From the human T2T-CHM13v2.0 reference genome, Homo sapiens, in NCBI RefSeq assembly GCF_009914755.1, contig NC_060939.1: a stretch of 64,000 nt of DNA; one strand, given 5' to 3'. The notes beneath the pieces were generated by a model, which saw nothing but the letters and a program-made list of their open reading frames with translations, was not told the DNA's origin and searched no databases. The stretch's first letter is position 1. Every line of letters starts with the position of its first letter. Positions 43,722 to 56,280 of the stretch are shown one piece after another. The position numbers were made by a program, and so were the translations under genes.

Positions 43722-43876
43722 TACTATAATTTCTACTGTAGATTGTTGCTAGTCCTGAAGATTAGTTTGAGGCCTTGATATCCTAGGGGAACTTCAGCAA
43801 GGCAACATGCTAGGATATTGTTAATCTCTGCAAGGGTGCACAGCAAGCCCTGTATACTTAGGCCTTTCAGAAACTC

Positions 43877-43939
43877 TGAACATTCTGGTTGAACATTCAA
43901 ATTGAACATTCAAGTAAAGTTGAACATTCAAGTAAAGTT
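43877..43939 (+). repeat. Short tandem repeat of TGAACATTC (4 copies, 13/18-bp periods)
   Basis: tgaacattctggt tgaacattcaaat tgaacattcaagtaaagt tgaacattcaagtaaagt. Confidence 0.85.
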
Positions 43940-44499
43940 TCCATGAATGGAACTTTTAGCCTTAACATCTTCAGCTGAAAAAACATTGCCTTTTCTGATC
44001 TTAAAAGAAGTCCTCTGAAGAACAAATAAAATATTCACACCAAGGAAGAACACTTTATAATTATAATTATGTTCTCTAAAAGGCTATAATAAAGTTTAAG
44101 CAAGTGCTTCCTATTTTATTTTCACCGCAAACAATTTATAAGCAGAACTGTCCTCTTGACATGATAATGAAAGAGCAGTCACACATGTCAGCTGGAGCAA
44201 TTATGTTCTTCAGATGTCTGCCATAAGTATTACATGATTCCTTCCTGCTGACACCTTATCAAGTGTGACATGCATATTAAAAAGAACACCCAAGAGAGCT
44301 AACTTAAAAAATCTGAGCACTTTCGAGAAGTTCCATCTGTGTTAAAAAGCCTTGTATCTCATCTTCTAAAACAGTCTTCTCTTTGCTACCTATTTTCTTT
44401 TGGGCCTCAAATGAAAAGAACACATAGAAACACATATTCTGGTAGTAAACATAGGCGAATGATTCAGGGCCTTAAAAATCCACCTGGCTAATTATCTCA

Positions 44500-44715
44500 G
44501 TGAATATAGAATCTGGAGCCAGACAAATAACAGTTCAAATTTCAGCTGTATCATTTCCCAACTTTTTGACTTTGGTCAAGGGACAAACTCTCGGAGCTTC
44601 ACATGTAAAAAGATAAAGACGCAGACTCTATTTCTAGGATTGAAGAGAGAGTTGGATGAGGGAACAAGTACTGGAGGACTAGGTTTAAGGTCTGTAATAT
44701 GAACACTGAAATGTT
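44500..44715 (+). mobile_element. MIR (degenerate)
   Basis: tctggagccagaca..gttcaaatttcagct..tgactttggtcaag core. Confidence 0.55.
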
Positions 44716-45523
44716 TGTTTTCCTCTTCTATGTTTAGCAGGGCCCAGAGGGTGCTTTTCTGGTGTGTTTTGGATGTTACCCAGAGAGTTCCTAAGCCACA
44801 CGACCATTCTGTTGAGGAGGAGGCATATGGGCTGAGAGGGGGTAGTGTCTTGAACCTTAGTCTAGCTCCAGCATTTGCAGTCTGCAGGTCACACATTTTC
44901 TTTCTGCCCTTCCCTTCCTGTCGCTCCTCTCAGGAACGAAGCCATCTGGCACAGTTCCTCACAGTGTTCACTAGCCATCATCAGTATCAACTCTCAAGAG
45001 GTGAGTTTCCTCATCAGTCCCCGTCCTCCTGTGAGGGCAGCTCCTCTGACTCTTCCATGTTGCTCTCTTCTGGTGCCTGACTCCATAGGTGCCCAGAAAA
45101 TGGAGCAGCCAGGAACCCCTCTCTTCCACTCCTCCCCCAGCACAGCCTCCTTGTGTCTCTTTGGGAGAACAAGTACTTCCAGATGGAAGAAGATTCCAGG
45201 TCTCCTCTGTGGGCCTCTCCAGAGCATTGTTATCGGGATGGCCAGGGCATTTTTTTGTTATGAACACCTAAATCTCTTTTTGACATCTCAAATCTTATCC
45301 ATCTCATTCAGTTCACTTTTGGCACCCAAATCTATCAGGTGCTCAAGCCATTCCTTTTCTAGCCTTGATTCAATTTAACAGGAAGGAAAGTAGATCCTAC
45401 ACAATAAAGTTAATTATCATTGCTGCTTGATTCTGAATTCTTTCCAGCTCAATAACCTTCTTATTTTTTGAAGATTGGGGAACAAACTACACAATACTCT
45501 AACGAGGGTTCTTGCCGTAAAAG

Positions 45524-46751
45524 TGAGAGGTGACAACATGCTAGCAGCCCTCGCTGGCTCTCGGTGCCTCCTCGGCCTCGGCGTCCACTCTGGCCATGCT
45601 CAAGGAGCCCTTCAGCCCACCGCTGCACTGTGGGGGCCCCTCTCTGGGGCTGGCCGAGGTCGGAGCCAGCTCCCTCTGCTGGTGGGGAGGTGTGGAGGGA
45701 GAGGCACGGCAGGGAGTCGGGGCTGTGCACGGAGCTCGCAGGCCAGGCTGGTGCGGGTTCTGGGTGGGCACGGGCTGGCAGGCCCAGCACTCTGCGCGGC
45801 CGTCCCGCACCTGCTGGGCTTGATAGGGGTAGGAGCTCCCTCTGGGCTGCTGGAGTGCCCGGGCTAGGTGCCGCAAAGTCCCGCTGCCAGTGCCATTGAG
45901 AGGTGAAGCTGGCTGGGCTTCTAGGTTGGGTGGGGACCTGGAGAACTCTTCTGCCTAGCTAAAGGTTTGTAAATGCACCAATCAGCACTCTGTGTCTAGC
46001 TAAAGGATTGTAAACGCACCAATCAGCACTCTGTGTGTAGCAAAGGATTGTAAATGCACCAATCAGCACTCTGTGTCTAGTTAAAGGTTTTGTAATTGCA
46101 CCAATCAGCGCTGTGTCTAGCTAATCAGGTGGGGACTTGGAGAACTTTTCTGTCTAGCTAAAGGATTGTAAATGCACCAATCAGCACTCTGTGTCTAGCT
46201 AAAGGTTTGTAAACACACCAATCAGCAGTCTGTCAAAATGGACCAATCAGCTCTCTGTAAGATGGACCAATCAGTAGGATGTGCGTGGGGCCAGATAAGG
46301 GAGTAAAAGCAGGCAACCTTACCCCCCAGCGGCAACCCGCTCCGGTCCCCTTCCACGGTGTGGAAGCTTTGTACTTCTGCTCTTTGCAATAAATCTTGCT
46401 GCTGCTCACTCTTTGGGTCTGCACAGCCTTTATGAGCTGTAACATTCACCGCGAAGGTCTGCAGCTTCACTCCTGAGGCCAGCGAGACCACGAACCCACT
46501 GGAAGGAAAGAACAACTCTAGACGCCCTGCCTTTAAGAGCTGTAACACTCACCGCGAAGGTCTGCAGCTTCACTCCTGAAGTCAGTGAGACCACTAACCC
46601 CCCCCAGAAGGAAGAAACTCCGGACACATCTGAACATCTGAAGGAACAAACTCTGGACACAGCATCTTTAAGAACTGTAACACTCACCATGAGGGTCCGC
46701 AGCTTCATTCTTGAAGTCAGCGAGACCAGGAACCCACCAATTCTGGACACA
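45524..46751 (+). mobile_element. LTR12D/E-like ERV9 solo LTR (1228 bp)
   Basis: TGAGAGGTGACAAC...GGACACA termini; 4-bp TSD AAAG at 45520-45523 and 46752-46755; GC/CpG-rich U3; U5 repeats. Confidence 0.95.
45960..46335 (+). promoter_or_regulatory. LTR12 enhancer/promoter: 8 CCAAT (NF-Y) units, a GATA site and a variant TATA-like box
   Basis: CCAATCAG near 45978, 46019, 46059, 46101, 46177, 46218, 46243 and 46267; AGATAAG near 46293; AGTAAA where LTR12F has AATAAA. Confidence 0.65.
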
Positions 46752-46952
46752 AAAGGAAAGATGATGTCTGGGCCTTTGGTCATCATATTATGTTGTTAGA
46801 CCCCTGGAATCCCTAGAATCTATGGCTTTTTTTTTTTTTTTTCTGCTGAAGCACTGTGTTGCTGACAGGTAGATATTCAAAATTTCTTGCTATGGTTGGT
46901 TAATATCTGCCAGTCTCACTAGTAAATGTGTTTATTCATCTTTATTTGTAAT

Positions 46953-47062
46953 ATGTGTGTATGTAGGTGCATGTGCATGTGTACGTGTGTGAGAGAGTGA
47001 GAGAATGAGAACGAGAGAGAGTTGGAGAGGGAGAGAGAAAGGTAGGGCAAGAAAGAAAAGAA
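46953..47062 (+). repeat. (TG)n/(GA)n low-complexity tract
   Basis: Degenerate TG dinucleotides followed by GA dinucleotides. Confidence 0.75.
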
Positions 47063-47119
47063 TTTGATACCATTTATTTATTTATTTATTTATTTGCCTT
47101 CGAGTCACTTTCTTGTTCC

Positions 47120-47739
<620 letters not shown>

Positions 47740-47744
47740 TAGGT

Positions 47745-47925
47745 GTAGTAAAGAAGCACTGAGATATCAGGTCAGGAGTACCAGGTTCTTGTCCTGACTA
47801 AAGCCAACTTCCTATGTGAACTTGGGCAAGTAGTGGCTCAACCTCTTTGGGTCTTAGGTGCTTTACCTGTGAAAGAAAGGGCAGAACTGGATTTAGAAAG
47901 CCCCTTCTAATGTTAGTATTCCAGG
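47745..47925 (+). mobile_element. MIR
   Basis: ctatgtgaacttgggcaagt..aacctctttgggtcttagg..acctgtgaaa core. Confidence 0.65.
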
Positions 47926-48227
47926 AACCTATTCTGTTTTGCATGTTATGCTTGTCTTTCTGTAAGTTAACCAACGTTTCTATACCAGTCCCATCCTCAG
48001 GGTATGACAAATAGAAATGATTGTCTCAGACTTCAGAATCTGTGTGTGTGCTTTGCTGCCGTGGGATATGTGGTAACCAGTCTGCCAGTTAGGGAGCAGG
48101 AAGTGAGATTACAAGTGACACGCATCTACCCACAAATTAGGATATAAGCTTTTCTGCATCCTACCTTGCCCTCTTCTTACCATCATCTAAAAATTAGTGC
48201 TGAGCGTCTGATAAGAACACCTTCCGA

Positions 48228-48549
<322 letters not shown>

Positions 48550-50874
48550 TTACTTCTTTAAATGTCTCCCTTCTTTAAGATTGTCCTTATCTATCATCTT
48601 AACCAGATTTCTGTAGCCTGAGGCATAAGAACAACAGGCAAATTATTCTGATTCAGCTTTCCAAGGAAGGAGTTGATGATTACTTTTTATTAATTACAGT
48701 TTTGACAATTTATGTTGGTTAAGATTCTAGAGACACAGCCTGGGTGAGAACCTTGGTTCTACCACTCTCCAGTTGTGTCTGGGAAGCTCATTTTGGGAGC
48801 TTCCCAAAATGAGGCCTTGGGAAGCTCATTTTATCCCTCTCCAATTTGTGTTTTTCTATTTAACAGGTGAAGAAAATAACCAGTTTACAGTGTTGTTGAA
48901 GAAGTAGGGAAGGAGCAAGATTCTAGACAATGTAGTGGCTACTCTGTAGCCATCTTGTGTTCAACTCGATGGATAAAGAATGAAAATAGGTTCTAGGCCT
49001 CTTTCTGGAAACAATAACTCAAATAAGTCACATTAGGTTAAAGAGTCCTTCCTTAGAGTTCCGTGATCCAGACCAAGTTTTCACAGTTTGACTCTTAAAA
49101 TCTCAGATGCTGACACTTCACGAGCTCGGGAGAGATTTATTTTTGGCTCTGCCATCCCTGCTTACTTATTGAGCACTTTCTGTGGGCCAGGCACTGTGCT
49201 GAACTCTTTATGTGGATTATCTTACTGAGTACTGAAAGCATCCTTATGCATTAGATTCTATTACTGTCCTTATTTTACTGATGAACCTGGAGTCAGCTCC
49301 AGGCTTCCTGTCATAGAAGACCAAACTTGGCCAAGTGCTGAGCAGAGCCCCCAGACTTCACCTAGACAATACAGCCTTCCTGTGCCACCACTAAGTGTTA
49401 AAACCCCCAGAAATGGTCTGATGAATCATTGATGGAGTCAGAGAAACTAGGTCTTAGGAACTGAAGTTACCTCTAGGGATTGCTTGATTTAGCTCCTGGG
49501 TTAAGGCAAGATTTGTCCTGTTCCAAGCTTCCAGATCCTCATTAATAGAAGCCCTGTGGTTAGTCATTGATAAAGGTCGGACCTGCAGGACAGCCAGAGA
49601 CACAAGATGGAGTAGTTGCAAGTCTTGTGTAGGCTTTTTTTTTTTTTTTTTTTTACTGACAAAAAGCATCCATTAGCTATTACTTTGTGTCCATCTTGTG
49701 CTGACTTGCTATAAAGTCCATGGTGTAAGATGAACACATGAGTTGGCACATGCATGCCACAGAAAAGTGTCCAAAGAAGGGTGCAAGGTAAAGGTGATGG
49801 CGAATGAACAGCCAGTTAAGGTATGAATCTAAAGTATGTATTAAAAGGTAGAGAAATGGAAAACTGCATGGGTCGAATTTGGTAGGAACAACTCTTTCTC
49901 AGTATTTTCAAGTCCAAATAGTAGTTCAGAATGTCTATTTTTTTAAAACAGATGTCAGTCACTAGTATAGTAAAACATCTGCAGTATACTGATAACACAT
50001 AATATTAAAATAGAACAAATGTGTTTAAATAAACATACTTAATCCTCTTACCCACAAGAGATCTGGTATTCTTGTTAGATGCTTTTCCTAAGTCAACACA
50101 TGACTTCTCCTTTCCTCTAGAGCCACTGTGATACTATTCTTTTTAAATTGACATTTCTACATGTTAAGTCCAATGGTTTCTTTTTTCCCGGAATTTCTCC
50201 AACTATATAATATCGTAAACTAATAAAAATTAACTCTATGTTTTCCAATGCCATTTTCATTCTTGGGTATGAAGGATAGGGAGGGCTTGAGGTTCTAGGA
50301 GTTGAATATAATTAACTCATCAGAAACCTTCCTTTTAATTTTTAGGCCATGTAAACTTACCAATTCTAACAGTACAAGAAGTAGACATGTGGATGACAAA
50401 GAGATACAAGCAAGTTGTGGACATTTTTATATGTAATATTTTTGTTTTATGAGGAATTAAAGGTAGTATGTTAATAAATTAGTTTTAATAATTTAAACCC
50501 TAATTCCCAGATGGTAAGTTGAAAATTAAATTGTCTAATTAATGGAAAATGATGATGAAGTTTTAGAACCTCAAACCCTGTGATCTTAGAATCTGAAACT
50601 CTACATTTTGAACAAAAAAACCACTGGAGGTATATCAGTATCTGAGCATATGAGTTCAGCATTTTAGCCTCTGGCTCAGGAAAGACTGTAGACTGAGAAT
50701 AGCTGGAGGAGGTGAATAGGACACTTGGGATAATCCTGGAGTTTCTATGTGAGCCAAGAGTTTAGGGATATAGTCTGTACAGATATAACCCTTTCTGTAA
50801 AGTGTCTACAAGTTAATGGATATGTTTAGATTTTTTTGACAGAAATTGAATTTATTTCCTGTCTATCAAACAAA

Positions 50875-51150
50875 TTTTGTTTTGTTTTGAGATAGGGTTT
50901 CACTTTGTCACCCAGGCTGGAGGGCCTCTGCAACCTCTGCCTCCCAGGTTCAAGTGATTCTTGTGCCTCAGCCTCCTGAGTAGCTGGGACTACAGGCGTG
51001 TGCCACCATGCCTGGCTCCTTTTTGTATTTTTAGTAGAGATGGAGTTTCACCATGTTGGCCAGGCTGGCCTCGAACTTCTTAACTCAAGTGATCTGCCCA
51101 CCTCAGCTTCCCAAAGTGCTGAGATCAGAGGCATGAACCTGTGCCCGGCC
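50875..51150 (-). mobile_element. AluJ/S with an internal deletion of ~25 bp
   Basis: ggctggagggcctctgcaacc lacks the tgcagtggcgcgatctcggctca segment; TSD tcaaaca at 50866-50872 and 51151-51157. Confidence 0.88.
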
Positions 51151-51399
51151 TCAAACACGTTTTTTCATGACTTTATACTCTCACATGTAGTTAGACCCAA
51201 ACCTATATCTTTGACCAGCAAGAGGAGGCAAGACAAAGGGAGGCAATGGAGGAAGGTAAGAAATATCATTTGCAATAATTCTCAAATACGTCCCTTCCTT
51301 TACATTTCCTTTATCATCATGCCATTTCAGGATCTTATGTTATACCCAGTGTGGCTTTATAATGATAATAATAATGATAATTTAGATGATAATGTCATA

Positions 51400-51600
51400 T
51401 ACTAAGTGCTTTGTACATATTAACTCATTTAATCCTCACAACAAATCTATAAAGTAGGTAATATTACTATACCTACTTGGCAATTGTGGCAATGGGCTTG
51501 GAGTAGCTGAGCAGTTCGTCCAAGTTCACACAGTAAATGCCACAGCAGGAATTCCACATCAGGCAGTTTGGTTCCAGAGTCCAAGCCCATAATCACTAAC
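51400..51600 (-). mobile_element. MIR
   Basis: actaagtgctttgtacatattaactcatttaatcctcacaacaa..ccaagttcacacagt..ggcagtttggttccagagtcc. Confidence 0.8.
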
Positions 51601-51873
51601 GCTTTGTGGTCTTCTAACTGAATGTCTTGCCTCTTGGCTAGCCTTAGATTGCTGTCAGATTTAATGTTCTTAAAATACTACTTTGAACATTTTATTCCTG
51701 TGCTCAAAAGGCTTCTTGGCTTCTTCCCAGAGTAAAGTCCAAATTTCTCAGCTGGGCAGGACACTATCTGGTTCCAGCCTAGCTTGCCAGCACCACCTCC
51801 TCTATTCCTCCCAAGGACCTTCCATTCCTGGCAGGCTAATGTGCTCACTGCCTGGATGATCACTCCCCCTCTA

Positions 51874-52055
51874 CTCTGTCATGAGATTACCAGGTGCTTT
51901 TCCTATTTTTCTGTGCTTATTTTGTATGCCACTTTTTCTGCCAAGTATTTTTTCTCCCCATCTCCTCTGTCGTGAGATTACCAGGTGCTTTTCCTATTTT
52001 TCTGTGCTTATTTTGTATGCCACTTTTTCTGCCAAGTATTTTCTCTCCCTGTCTC
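51874..52055 (+). repeat. 91-bp tandem duplication
   Basis: Two copies (51874-51964 and 51965-52055); about 70 bp are identical and ~4 mismatches sit near the junction. Confidence 0.93.
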
Positions 52056-54556
52056 CTTCTCAGCCATTCAACTCAGCACCAGATTTGCTATTGGGCAGAG
52101 TGACCAGGCTGTGATGAAATTCTAAGCCATGACCAAAGACATGGGAATGCATGGCCTGGAGGACCAAAGACTCATAGGGACAAAATTAGCCCTCTTTAAT
52201 TAATAGGCTGCCATGTGGAAGAAGTTTAGAGTAGTTTTATTCAGTCTGAATATGAGACAGCTAAGACGAGGGGATAGAAGTAAATGGAAGAGAGGAAGTC
52301 CTTTCATCTTCACGGAGTTCTGATTTTACATTTAAGATCACCAAGGAATAGGTTGTCTTTACAGCAAACTATATTCTGTGACCCACTGCTAGTCCGCAAA
52401 GATCTTCCTGCTGGGTCAAAAACAAATGCAAAATTCAGGTCTTTCTTCACAGGGCATCCATCCAGAGGATTCAGAGGATTCAATTCCATTGACTTTTATC
52501 TTTGTCACTAACAGAAGGTGTCTCAAGTAAGAGTTATTACATTTCAGTATTCATAAACTAAAGTGTGTGCACTTTTCAGCTTACTGAGGAATAGTAATTT
52601 AACAAATGGTACTCAGTAATTGACAGCATGGCAAAACTCCTATTGTGCATACTTATAGGTAGAAATTAGGAAATTCACAGGAAGTCCCAGACACACTGCT
52701 TCATGATTAATTGTTGCCTTTTTTTTTAAACTGATAACTTGATAATATTTATGATACATTTATAACAAAGTTTAATTAAAAATTATCGGTTTAGCATCAT
52801 TATTATCTAGTTAATTGCATAGATTGTTGCATTCACACTTTAGTATATAGTGGGATATATTTGCTTACAGCATTTTGCACCTATAATTTTCCAGTAACAA
52901 GAATTTAAAATCATATATTTAGCTCTTCTTACCTCTACAGACATAATTCTTTCTCTAAGTATATAAACTCCAACTCTCTCTCTAACCCCTCCAAATTGCT
53001 TTGCTTACTCAGTGGTATCAATATTATTATCATCACCAAGTACCACCCTGTCCTCAGAAGAGGAAGGTGGGCTCTGAGGTCTTTTGTGTCTCCCATAAGT
53101 GCCACTGACAAAAATGACTATTTGATAGCATTTTTTTTTTGTAATGAGGACTCAAAAACCAGATAGATGATTCCATGAAATGGGCTTTGTGTGTGCTTTC
53201 TATTTAGATATTTTATGCTTTTCAGACTTCTGCAGTGAAACCTGATGATCACTTGCTCTCCTGAGCTCATAGCTCTGATAGACATTATCATTCTGAAAAA
53301 TGTAGAAATCATTTTTTCAGCATTTCTCCAGTCTTTCTTTTCATTCATGGAAGCTACAACATGATTAGAAAGTGCACTGGGCAGGGTTTTTGGCAACTAT
53401 CATGCTATGAAGGGCTTCCCTTGGATCCAAAGCACTGGAAATGTAGGTTCAAAAAAGAAGAAAAGGGAGATGTGTACCTTATTCCACAAAAATCATTGTA
53501 ATTTCTGTTGTTATTAACACTTATGTTTTACAAATAGGTCTTTAAGATCAGCTAGTGCTGTGACAGAGTACTTCCAAAAAGGAATAATCATTTATGCAGA
53601 TAGCAGCAAGGTATTCCAACAGGGCTTCATTTCATACTATTATAGGCTTTCCCTAAAAGAAACAGTAATCTTTCTGATGAACATGGGGAAATATTTCTTC
53701 AATACAAATCCAATTTATTTTGGCTGGCTGATTGGTGCTTGCAGCCAGATCATTGAACATGATATTAATTATTCATTAAGATACTTGGAAGAACAGAATT
53801 TGCATTCTCATGCGGTCAAAATTGATGAAGTTTTCATTTGTGCTATAGGAATAGCTTATGACTCAATGCTAACACTCAATACAATCTTAATAAAAATGTT
53901 GAAAAAGGCACCAATAATTGGAACTTTCTCATATCTACAGAACATCTGTTTTATTGGACCCTCATGTCCTATTAAAACTGTGTTGAAATATTCTTTTTAC
54001 ATCTAATCATATAGATATGGCTTTGAAAAAATCTCAAGAACATTTCAAATAAAAGGTCATAATCACTATAATGGAGCTTAAAAACTTGTGATTTAGAGAG
54101 CAAAGCTGCAACTTGTATCTTTATAAGAGACATTTACTGTAGCACATCTTTCAGCATTTTGGTTCTCATATAAGGAAATATTGGGACTGTAACCATCTTT
54201 AGTAGAGAGGCAAGTAGTATTCTCATAGCTAAGTAATATCGAACACAAAAAAGACTTGCCTTAAATCAGATATATGGTAGGAGATACAGCATCAAGCCAG
54301 GCCCTGTTGGTCTCATAAAACAGACTTGGTCTGAGATTCAGGCTTGTATCTCTAAACACAAATAGATCCATGGAGGGCAAGCCACCACCATTACATTTAC
54401 TTTCTCCCAGGCGTGTGTGAAATGTGGTTCCAGCACCTGAGTGGAGGGCAGTAAGCAGGTGTGTCTGACATCCTGGTGCTTCCCTCAGGAAGGCAGCAGT
54501 ACCAAGTGAGGTTTTCTGTATCATGCTCTGAAGTCCATAAAGAAATTTCAGTTCCA

Positions 54557-54688
54557 CATGAAGAGATGGTTTCTGTACATCACAGTCTTCACATGTACTA
54601 GTTAGAGGGGGACCAAGTAAAAAAATATACTTCTCTACCTATTTTTCTAATGCTTCATCAATAAATCACTAAAATGCACTATAAAAAG
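54557..54688 (+). other. TSD-flanked orphan retroposed fragment
   Basis: Perfect 16-bp direct repeat AGAAATTTCAGTTCCA at 54541-54556 and 54689-54704; AATAAA at 54660-54665; short A-run 54683-54687. Confidence 0.65.
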
Positions 54689-54764
54689 AGAAATTTCAGT
54701 TCCAAAGGCTGCACATGTTTTGGAATGAGAGGATTCTAGGAGAAAGTGTATGTGTGTGGGGAGG

Positions 54765-55230
54765 TGTATGGGTTAGAATGCCCTGGTCGCAAGTCATAGA
54801 AAACCTGGACTCCTGCTGACTTAAACAATAAGGAGACAGCTCACATTCTTGGGAGCCCAGAGGCAGAGCAGCCTCCAGACATGGTGATCAGAGGCTCAAC
54901 GATAGTACTAAGGGCCCTGGTTCTATCTCCCTGCTCTGCCTCCTTCTAGGACTGTTCCCCATATGGTTGCAAAATGATCACCAATGGTGATCAGGGTACA
55001 TGTGTCCTTATTCAAAACCAGCGGGAAAAAGAGCTTTGGTATGATTGGCCCATCTAGGTCATGTGCCCATGCCAGAGCCGGCAGTTACTGTTGGGAAACT
55101 GTCATGTCCCAATTGGCTTACATTTATCAGGATTTTAGGGAATGCAGTGAATGCCTAGACAGAACCTAAGGTTCCATTAGGAAGGATAAAAAGGAAGGAT
55201 GGATGCTGAGTAAGAAACCAAAGTGTCTTC
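54765..55230 (-). mobile_element. MLT1J/K-like old MaLR LTR
   Basis: ggttagaatg..gcaagtcatagaaaacc..gacttaaacaataagg..gaggctcaacgat..atggttgcaaaatg. Confidence 0.65.
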
Positions 55231-55814
55231 TACTAAAAAAGAGGAGTGCTCTTCTCTACTCATGGAAAGCCTGTATTAGGGGAACCATTCATTCACATTC
55301 TTGCCCCAGTATCTTGCTTTCCCATCTCCATCCGTCCATTCTCTCTCTCAATCATTAATAAATTCCTGTAGTGTAGACTAGTGTTGCTATGATGGCTTGA
55401 CAACAGTCTTTCGCAAACCTCTTCAGGGGATATTTATCTCCTTTAAGTTACAGGTAATGGAGGAAACACATTTGACACATGGTACCCAGTGTTTGTCCAG
55501 AAAAGTTGTGCTAATACGTGCTTGTACCAACTCCATGTGAGTTTCCAATTTCCATTCCTTAAATATCATCAAATTAGAAAATAGATGGAGAAATAATATG
55601 TTTTCTTATTTTAAAAATTATATTTTTGGGGCTTATCAAATTAATTTTACTAATTTTAGATTTTAGGACACCTTATTTTACATTTTATTTCTTTAAAATT
55701 ATATTCCATTTATTTTAGTTGAGATTTTATATTTTTATTTGTCTTCTATATAGCTACTCTTTGTGATTACTTGAGCCCTTTGCCTGCTTATCAATTGGAT
55801 AAGATTATTTTTTC

Positions 55815-56280
55815 ATTGACTAATTGCATTAATGGTCCAAATTTTTCAGCTCTTCCTATATTCATTAAACATTTTGTGCAGTGACTTTCAATTTCCTCCC
55901 ATAAAAGCAGAGTCAACATCCCATTTCACATGACTTGCTTTGATCCATAAAATAAGGTGGAAGTGATTGTGTGCCACTTTTGAGCCTAACTCTTTAACAA
56001 CCTTTCATATTTCCGCTTTCCCTCTTGTACCTCTGCCATCATTGAGAGTATATGCCAGGCTTGCTGGAGAATGAGAGACATGGGAAGGAATGGAGGCCAT
56101 TATAATCAACTGACCTTAGCTGATTCCCAGACATGGGAGTGAACTCAGTCAAGAACCGTAGAGCCACCTTGCTGACCCCTAGCTGACTCTAGACTGTGAG
56201 CAATAAATGGTCATTGTTGTAGTCCTCTGAGGTTTGGGCTGCTTGTTAGGCAGTATTGGTATTAATAGATAACTGATGCA
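55815..56280 (+). mobile_element. MLT1H-like LTR within old antisense L1M fragments (~55600-57140)
   Basis: catgacttgctttg..ggaagtgattgtgtgccacttttgagccta..aataaatggtcattgttgt..aatagataactgat. Confidence 0.7.

Noticed and set aside
44875-45378. 167-aa ORF, the longest in the window
   Set aside because: Non-ATG start, Ser/Pro/Leu-rich, overlapped by similar ORFs in other frames and strands, no motif.
45960-46275. Regularly spaced ~41-bp repeats resembling a CRISPR array (also 10705-10910)
   Set aside because: These are the known LTR12 CCAAT enhancer repeats; no unique spacers, eukaryotic context.
45461-46786. Cluster of 75-130 aa ORFs and a CpG-island-like region
   Set aside because: All lie within the GC-rich LTR12; not a host gene promoter or CDS.
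49635-49654. T20 run as a possible retrocopy tail (also T-run near 46827 and A-run near 14499)
   Set aside because: No properly spaced poly(A) signal and no flanking TSD found.
53560-54006. 148-aa + strand ORF in unique sequence
   Set aside because: GTG start, AT-rich I/F/Y-biased composition, no recognisable domain or splice structure; consistent with a chance ORF.
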